Position numbers and translations under genes: made by a program. From the NCBI RefSeq assembly GCF_000009705.1, contig NC_003272.1, forward strand, positions 3,630,001-3,662,000: DNA of 32,000 nucleotides, in the 5' to 3' direction. The first letter of the stretch is position 1, and the number at the start of each line of letters is the position of its first letter. Below the pieces are notes generated by a model. It did not search any database. It was not told the origin of the DNA and saw only the letters and a program-made list of their open reading frames with translations. Positions 26,204 through 32,000 of the stretch are shown here, piece after piece. The DNA comes from Nostoc sp. PCC 7120 = FACHB-418 (GTDB taxonomy: Bacteria > Cyanobacteriota > Cyanobacteriia > Cyanobacteriales > Nostocaceae).

Positions 26204-26947
26204 CTAGACAATTGCACGCTCAAAGGTTTTCAAAGCTTCCACTAAGCCGCGCACCGCAGCAATCATAGCTACTTCGCTATTGAGTTGGTTGATAGCAGAA
26301 CCGACACCAACACCAGCCGCACCGGAGGCGATCGCCAGAGGTGCAGTAACATTAGAAATACCCGAAGCACACAATACTGGTACTGATACAGCACGAGAAA
26401 TTTCATAAGCTGCTGCCAAAGTGGGAGCAGCTTTTTCAATTAATCCCAGGCTTCCAGGATGAGTCGGCTGGCTGCTTGTACCGCCTTCGGTTTGGATGAT
26501 ATCTGCTCCAGCTTTTACCAATTCTTCGGCTAGCTGTACCTGTTGATCTAGTTCTAGGATGTGAGGAACAGTCACAGATAGGGTAATTTCGGGTAAGAGC
26601 GCGCGGGTTTGTTTAGTCAGCGCTAATACTTCCGCAGCCTCAAATCTGCGTCCTTGAGCATAAAAAGTATCAAAATTACCGATTTCAATCAAATCTGCAC
26701 CAGCTTCTACGGCTGTGACAAATTTTTCTGGATCTACTGCTGATACACAAACTGGTAAATTAATCAATTTTTTAGCTAACTGAACCAATCCAGCATCGGC
26801 GGCGATATCCACAAAAGTTGCACCACCAAGTTCAGCAGCTTTAATAATAGCTGCGACGCTATCAGCGTCAAAGTTGTTCAAACCACTAATTACTTTCAGT
26901 ACACGGCCGTTGGTAAATGCCCGTTGTAGTGTAGAAGACATAGCCAT
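26204..26947 (-). CDS. Ycf23/DUF561-family TIM-barrel protein
   Basis: 247 aa. LKVISGLNNFD...FVDIAAD...IEIGNFD... pattern, as I recall for cyanobacterial and plastid Ycf23. Assigned from memory only. Confidence 0.6.
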   Translation of the reverse strand: MAMSSTLQRAFTNGRVLKVISGLNNFDADSVAAIIKAAELGGATFVDIAADAGLVQLAKKLINLPVCVSAVDPEKFVTAVEAGADLIEIGNFDTFYAQGRRFEAAEVLALTKQTRALLPEITLSVTVPHILELDQQVQLAEELVKAGADIIQTEGGTSSQPTHPGSLGLIEKAAPTLAAAYEISRAVSVPVLCASGISNVTAPLAIASGAAGVGVGSAINQLNSEVAMIAAVRGLVEALKTFERAIV

Positions 26948-27096
26948 AGTTATTCTGTTGAAGCTACGAAAATTAGGTTTATTCTACCGCCCCTCAGATA
27001 AAGACAGAACTAATTCATTTAAAAAAAGAGTAGAAAATACTTGCAATCTCAAGATGTGATGACTTAACCTGAGTAGGAAACGATGCTAGGTAACTG

Positions 27097-27462
27097 TCAG
27101 CTAAGGGTTAATAGTTCTAAATTGTGACCATTTGGGTCGTAGAAATAAAAACCACGCCCTCCTTTTCTATGGTTAATTTCTCCTTTGTTGTGGTGCATGG
27201 GGTCGCTACTATATTCCAGACCAGCTTGTTTGATTCTGGCAAAGATAGTATCAAATTCTTCATCGCTGACATGAAAAGCATAATGATGAGACTCAAATGT
27301 TTCTCTGTCATCAAAATCAAGTGTGAGTGTGTCATTAACTCGCACAGCCGCGAAATGACCCACAGATTCGACGTTTAAACCAAAAATTTGAGCAAAAAAT
27401 TGTGCTGAGGCTTCTTTATTATGAGCAGGAACTATAGTGTGATTTAAAGAGATTGTCATCAT
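27097..27462 (-). CDS. VOC (glyoxalase/bleomycin-resistance/dioxygenase) family protein
   Basis: 121 aa. LNHTIVPAHNKEASAQFFAQIFGL ... HYAFHVSDEEFD ... FYFYDPNGHNLELL is the typical paired beta-alpha-beta-beta-beta module. Confidence 0.8.
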   Translation of the reverse strand: MMTISLNHTIVPAHNKEASAQFFAQIFGLNVESVGHFAAVRVNDTLTLDFDDRETFESHHYAFHVSDEEFDTIFARIKQAGLEYSSDPMHHNKGEINHRKGGRGFYFYDPNGHNLELLTLS

Positions 27463-27655
27463 CTTTTGCCTTCAAAATAGTTTCTAGGTTTAACTCTAGA
27501 ATGCCTTGTAAAATTTTGTTTTGCCCTCCTCATTTTGATAGTGTTTGTGCATTCGTCAGCATTTACTTTCTCTTCATCTCCTGACTCAGACACACAAGCA
27601 TATTCTTTTAGAGTACCTTGAAGGTATTAGTGTCTATATTAGGAGTGAAGCAATT

Positions 27656-28009
27656 ATGTCTTCATCAACCAAGGAAAAGAAATACTGTAAATGGTTTTGG
27701 GATGAAACCCTTGGCGGAGAGTTTGATACTTGGGGTACTAGTACCTACTTTATAGAAGTAATACAAGTAGGTAACGATTTATGCGCTACAAGACAAATAG
27801 AGGTTTACGAAAACGGTAATGTCTTGTTTTATGATGACAATCATTTTGCCGATAATTATGGAATGTTGTGTGACAAACCCCTCAGTAAAGCAGATTTACT
27901 AGAGTTTGGGATTACAAGAGCCGAGTTTGAACAAATTTGGCAAACAAAAACACCAATCAATAGATTAAGCTGGCTAGCGGAAGCCGAACAGTATGAGATT
28001 TCTAATTAG
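27656..28009 (+). CDS. Hypothetical protein
   Basis: AGGAG precedes ATG 27656 (MSSSTKEKKY), whereas the track start at 27545 has no SD. No recognisable family. The 3' end overlaps the convergent methyltransferase gene by 8 nt. Confidence 0.5.
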   Translation: MSSSTKEKKYCKWFWDETLGGEFDTWGTSTYFIEVIQVGNDLCATRQIEVYENGNVLFYDDNHFADNYGMLCDKPLSKADLLEFGITRAEFEQIWQTKTPINRLSWLAEAEQYEISN

Positions 28010-28664
28010 TCCAACTGCGTTTAGCCGTCCAGTGGCGATCGCTTGACTGATAAATCTCCACACCTGTTAACCCTGCTGTTATAATCAGCTGATTAACCTC
28101 ATCTAACGTCAATGCAGCGTGGAGCGAATCACGAAATAATTTTTTCTGATAGTCATCGTATTCATTCCCAATACTTGCCACTAAAGCGTTCATCGTTGCT
28201 TCATCCTCAGGACGAAGTAAATCACGGATAAAAATACCGCCTTGAGGTTTGCAAACGCGCTTGATTTCGGCAAAAAAAGGTAAAGGGTCAGGTAGATGGT
28301 GAACTAGACTGTTAGAAACGACCAAATCAAATATCCCATCCTCGTAAGGTAAACGTTTCGCATCTACCAGTTCCAAACGAATATGTTCTTGTAACCCAGA
28401 CTGCTGGACGTGCTGTGTAGCAATTTGTAGCATATTTTCAGCCATATCAATCGCCACTAACTGCCACTGAGGACGTTTCTGACAGATTAAAACCGGAATC
28501 CGTGCAGTACCAGTACCCGCATCCAAGACTAAACCATGTTCTGATAGACCACAAGCCACTGCCTCTTCCGCAAAAGCATTATTTACCTCGGTAAAATCCA
28601 TTGCATCATATTCACTAGCTTCCTCCCAACTATCCATCACTTCTGGTTCTAGTTGTCTGTGCAT
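28002..28664 (-). CDS. Class I SAM-dependent methyltransferase
   Basis: 220 aa. Motif I VLDAGTGTARIP, an acidic post-I residue (AIDMAENM) and FDLVVSNSLVHHL. Confidence 0.85.
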   Translation of the reverse strand: MHRQLEPEVMDSWEEASEYDAMDFTEVNNAFAEEAVACGLSEHGLVLDAGTGTARIPVLICQKRPQWQLVAIDMAENMLQIATQHVQQSGLQEHIRLELVDAKRLPYEDGIFDLVVSNSLVHHLPDPLPFFAEIKRVCKPQGGIFIRDLLRPEDEATMNALVASIGNEYDDYQKKLFRDSLHAALTLDEVNQLIITAGLTGVEIYQSSDRHWTAKRSWTN

Positions 28665-28844
28665 TGCTAATACCTCTATCCGTATAAGTAAAAACTAGCA
28701 AGAAATAGGGACGCTGAGGCTATGGATGGAGAATTGAACTAGTTATTTTACTGAAATGAAAACAATTATCAGTCTTTTGCATGAAAGAAGCGGCTAATTT
28801 TTGGGAATACTAAATACGTCACCCCAGTTATCAGGAATTGGTCA

Positions 28845-29939
28845 ATGTCAAACGGTGAAGGGAACAACAGCATCAACAATAAGGTTCCTGTACAAGTTGC
28901 CAAATACCCCAAACAAGTGAGGCGCAACACAATTACTCACGAATTTGACCAAGGTGAGCCGAAAGAATCATTGGTTCCTCCAGAAAACGACAATCGCTCA
29001 TCAGAGGCATCCCAGTTACTGCGGCAAGGAATTCAACAACAGCAGGCTGGAGACTTAATAACAGCCATCAAGTCCTTACAGCAATCCCTAGAGATGTTTC
29101 AGCTAGCCAGGGATGTCAAACAACAAGAACAAGTCCTATCGTTGCTGGCATTAATCACTTACACTTCAGGAGATTATAGAAATGTTATTGCTTATTGCCA
29201 AAAGTGTTTATCCTTGACAGATAACCCGGATTTATCAGTAAGGATGCAAATACTGTCTCATTTGGGTAATGCTTACCGTCATCTGAACGACTATAACAAA
29301 GCCATTGAGTTTCTCCAAGCGTGTTTGCAACTAACTCAAACATTGCAAGACAAACGGAGTCAAGTTGCAGCCTTAAATAATTTGGGATTAGTATATAAAG
29401 CCTCTGGTAATTTTAATCAAGCAATTGGGTATCAAGAACAAAGCCTCATCATTGTTGAAGAACTCAAAGATAGCTGGGGCATAGAACAAGTGCTGAAAAA
29501 TCTAGGCAATACTTGGTATGCTTTGGATAATTACCCAAAAGCGATCGCCTACTACGAAAAATGCGTCAAAATAGCACTCTCCTTAAATAATCCTCGTAGT
29601 GCTGCTCAAGTATTGAAAAACTTGGGTAATGCTTGCTATGCGATCGGCGATTATGCTAAAGCCATTAAATACTATGAAAAACGCTGGCAATTAGCTAGAG
29701 ACCTCAAAGATAAGCGTAGTGAAGAACAGTCTCTTGGTAGTTTAGGTGTTACCTGTGAAGCTTTAGGTGACCATAGCAGAGCTATTACATACTATGAAGC
29801 ACGCCTATTGTTAGCCAGAAGCATCAAAGACAAACGCATTGAAGAACAAGCTCTTGCCAGTCTGAAAATAGCTTGTTATGCCTTAGGGGATTATGCCAAA
29901 GCCATGCAATATGAACAAGGAACATCCACCAGTACCTAA
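28845..29939 (+). CDS. Tetratricopeptide-repeat protein
   Basis: 364 aa. About 7 consecutive 40-aa units of the type LxNLGNAYxxLGDYxKAIxYYEKxLxLAR. Confidence 0.85.
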   Translation: MSNGEGNNSINNKVPVQVAKYPKQVRRNTITHEFDQGEPKESLVPPENDNRSSEASQLLRQGIQQQQAGDLITAIKSLQQSLEMFQLARDVKQQEQVLSLLALITYTSGDYRNVIAYCQKCLSLTDNPDLSVRMQILSHLGNAYRHLNDYNKAIEFLQACLQLTQTLQDKRSQVAALNNLGLVYKASGNFNQAIGYQEQSLIIVEELKDSWGIEQVLKNLGNTWYALDNYPKAIAYYEKCVKIALSLNNPRSAAQVLKNLGNACYAIGDYAKAIKYYEKRWQLARDLKDKRSEEQSLGSLGVTCEALGDHSRAITYYEARLLLARSIKDKRIEEQALASLKIACYALGDYAKAMQYEQGTSTST

Positions 29940-30110
29940 ACTACATACAATTCATTTAGCCGCATCATCCCTAGAATTCACTGATACAATAAGAATCTAG
30001 TCAATGTTCAGTGTTCAGTAACAGTACCTGTCTGAGAGATATCTTACAAAAGTTATAGCCCATTAGATTCACACAAATTAGCTGTCACTAGGCCAATTAT
30101 CCAGATTTTC

Positions 30111-30794
30111 ATGAGTAGCGAAATCCAACTCAGCCTCTTTAACGAAGAATCAAACTTTAACCAACAAGATTTGATTCCCAAGGATGCCAAAATTCCCATT
30201 CCACCCGGAACGTATACCAATATGACCGAGTTGGCACAGCATTGTAATCAGTGCCAGCGTTGTGAATTGGGTAGCACCCGTACCCATGCTGTGGTCGGCA
30301 GAGGTAACCTCAAAGCACCTATTATGGTCGTTGGAGAAGCACCTGGTCAAAATGAAGACGAAACAGGCCTGCCTTTTGTCGGTAGATCAGGGCAGTTGCT
30401 AGATAAAATCTTAGCATCAGTGGATTTGACTACTGAGCATGATGTTTATATTGCTAACATTAATAAGTGCCGACCACCTGATAATCGAGTTCCTACCCCT
30501 AATGAAATGGCGGCTTGTTTACCATATTTATTAGAACAAATACGCCTTGTTAACCCCAAAATCATTTTGCTCACAGGTGCAACCGCCGTCAAAGGACTTA
30601 CTGGTGATAAACGCGGCATTACAAAGATTCGCGGCCAGTGGATAGAGTGGGCAGGACATTTATGTATGCCCATTTTCCACCCCTCTTATTTATTGCGTAA
30701 CCCTTCTAAGGAGCAAGGTAGTCCTAAATGGTTAATGTGGCAAGATATACGAGCAGTACGCACTAAGTACGATGAAATACGGGAAAGCAATTGA
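30111..30794 (+). CDS. Family 4 uracil-DNA glycosylase (Fe-S type)
   Basis: 227 aa. CxxCxxC cluster region (CNQCQRCELG), the GEAPGQNEDETGLPFVGRSGQLL motif and HPSYLLRNP. Confidence 0.9.
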   Translation: MSSEIQLSLFNEESNFNQQDLIPKDAKIPIPPGTYTNMTELAQHCNQCQRCELGSTRTHAVVGRGNLKAPIMVVGEAPGQNEDETGLPFVGRSGQLLDKILASVDLTTEHDVYIANINKCRPPDNRVPTPNEMAACLPYLLEQIRLVNPKIILLTGATAVKGLTGDKRGITKIRGQWIEWAGHLCMPIFHPSYLLRNPSKEQGSPKWLMWQDIRAVRTKYDEIRESN

Positions 30795-30893
30795 ATTAAA
30801 AAGCTTTCTTCGTATTCGGCTAATTGCTGACGATATGGTTACTTTGCTGGGTAATAGGTAATTGTTTTTTACTATTATTTATGGCGCTACGCG

Positions 30894-30912
30894 TGTCAGT
30901 TGTCAGTTGTTG
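30894..30912. repeat. STRR-type heptamers (TGTCAGT x2 plus a partial unit)
   Basis: Direct reading. Inverted relative to the 31018-31038 block. Confidence 0.75.
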
Positions 30913-31017
30913 AAAGGATATAGTTTAATACCCCATCCCAAGAGTGGGTGGTTTGTAGGCGTTTTCTTGAAAAGTTGCTCCTCTTGGGTAGAACCCAAGA
31001 CCGCACTTTTCGCTTTG

Positions 31018-31038
31018 CTACTGACTACTGACTACTGA
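31018..31038. repeat. STRR-type heptamers (CTACTGA x3)
   Basis: Direct reading. actgactactgac is a 12/13 reverse-complement match to gtcagttgtcagt at 30896-30908. Confidence 0.75.
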
Positions 31039-31046
31039 CAAACACT

Positions 31047-31075
31047 CCATCCCCTTATGGGTGGATTTTTTATTT
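31047..31075 (+). terminator. Rho-independent terminator-like hairpin
   Basis: ccatcc-N6-gggtgg (6 bp including one G-U pair) followed by attttttatttc. A related hairpin, ccccatccca-agag-tgggtgg, lies at 30931-30951. Confidence 0.6.
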
Positions 31076-31405
31076 CTTTAGCCATAGATAACTCACGATT
31101 CAATCTAAAAACTATTCATATTTCATTAGTAATTAAAATAATAAGATCATTACGAATATTGTTGTTAATCTCTACTTTTCCTCTAATAAACTCGTGTTTT
31201 TCATTTCATCTTCTGGTGATAATCAAATGTTCTGTTTCAGGAAATATTTCTTTGGGTAGTAGAGTTATTACCTGAAAAAGCAAGATGGTTAGCAGTAGGA
31301 GGTGAAAATGGGTCAACTCATGAGCCAAGAGGCAACGGACAAGCTGTTATCGATATCGCCCAATCTCATAACGACACGAATCTGGCACGATTTGAGGGTA
31401 ATGCG

Positions 31406-31633
31406 GTGCAAAAAACCGTCGAGCAAGTGGGTTTAGCAAAATTGGTTGAGTCGAATGTGCGTTTCACACGCGCCAACATTGAAGGTCGAAAAACTCTACT
31501 TTGTGTAATTTATGTGCAGCATCAACCGCACGTTACAGCATCTAGTGAAGAAATTAGCGATCGCCTCACCCAAGATATTCAAACTCAATTATTAAACCAA
31601 GATTTTAATATCACACCTTTCAAATGCCTGTGA
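31406..31633 (+). CDS. Hypothetical protein; start unresolved
   Basis: 75-aa ORF from GTG with GAGGG upstream. The same frame stays open back to 31223 without any ATG, GTG or TTG. Confidence 0.3.
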   Translation: MQKTVEQVGLAKLVESNVRFTRANIEGRKTLLCVIYVQHQPHVTASSEEISDRLTQDIQTQLLNQDFNITPFKCL

Positions 31634-31773
31634 AGATTGTTTACTGAAATTAGCGATCGCTCCTCATAGACCTTCCTATATCGAAAGCAACCTAATAGTT
31701 ATTTCTCCCCTTGCTTACCATACTTTTTCACATAAGTCTTGATCTAAAAACCAAAATTAAATGAGGAAAGTTC

Positions 31774-32000
31774 ATGAATGCAGAAATCTCCACAGCGTGG
31801 GATAAGGTTCAAAGCATGATCAACGGTTTCATTGCTTTGCTACCCAATATGGCCTTAGCGTTGATTGTCTTTCTAATATTTTTGTTTGTTGCTAGCAGAA
31901 TTAAGGCACTAGTCAAGCGATTAACTCGCAATCGTCGTTCTGCACGGAATCTGGGATTAGTGTTAGGAAGATTAGCGCAAGGTGTAACAATTTTGATTGG
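31774..32000 (+). CDS. MscS-family mechanosensitive channel, N-terminal part (runs off the window)
   Basis: ATG 31774. MNAEISTAWDKVQSMINGFIALLPNMALALIVFLIFLFVASRI... resembles the N-terminus of small-conductance mechanosensitive channels. The ORF is still open at 32000. Confidence 0.55.
   Translation, partial: MNAEISTAWDKVQSMINGFIALLPNMALALIVFLIFLFVASRIKALVKRLTRNRRSARNLGLVLGRLAQGVTILI

Noticed and set aside
25929-26268. ORFs 25969-26268 (+) and 25929-26114 (-) in the convergent gap
   Set aside because: They run through the palindromic dispersed-repeat cluster and into the ycf23-like gene on the opposite strand. Neither has an SD or recognisable protein features.
31057-31275. 72-aa ORF in the AT-rich region downstream of the terminator
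   Set aside because: The translation is low-complexity and I/L/S/F-rich, as expected for AT-rich DNA. It starts inside the terminator hairpin and has no SD.

Overview
This is a chromosomal window from a filamentous, Nostoc/Anabaena-type cyanobacterium. The assignment rests on dense GCGATCGC (HIP1) palindromes, heptameric STRR tandem repeats at nearly every gene boundary, and the gene content.

Most of the window is housekeeping:
- bestrophin-like channel, Uma2 nuclease and M28 peptidase
- a chaperone cluster of dnaK, a DnaJ-like gene and a membrane J-protein, interrupted by an Rpn/DUF4351-type nuclease gene
- the lysA-cdaA-uppS operon, rimI and clpC
- further right: two TPR proteins, a FetB-like permease, a DegT-type aminotransferase, Ycf23/DUF561, a VOC protein, a methyltransferase, a family-4 UDG and the start of an MscS-type channel

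The accessory part is an AT-rich stretch from about 14.95 to 19.9 kb, directly after the clpC terminator. It holds a solitary HsdR_N/COG4748-type PD-(D/E)XK nuclease. That is followed by a string of small two-gene modules separated by three near-identical 84-bp direct repeats (16832, 17689, 18401). One module pairs a small ORF with a retropepsin-like aspartic protease; another is a mazEF-type toxin-antitoxin pair.

Just beyond this stretch lie two further unusual genes. One is an extreme Met/Cys-rich DUF326-type four-helix-bundle protein (38 Met and 16 Cys in 120 aa). The other is a predicted CBS-pair plus HEPN (Rx4H) fusion.

I consider the repeat-delimited cassette string, the protease pair and the CBS-HEPN protein the best candidates for something undescribed. 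No rRNA, tRNA or CRISPR array was found. All family calls come from motif recognition by eye; no database search was possible.
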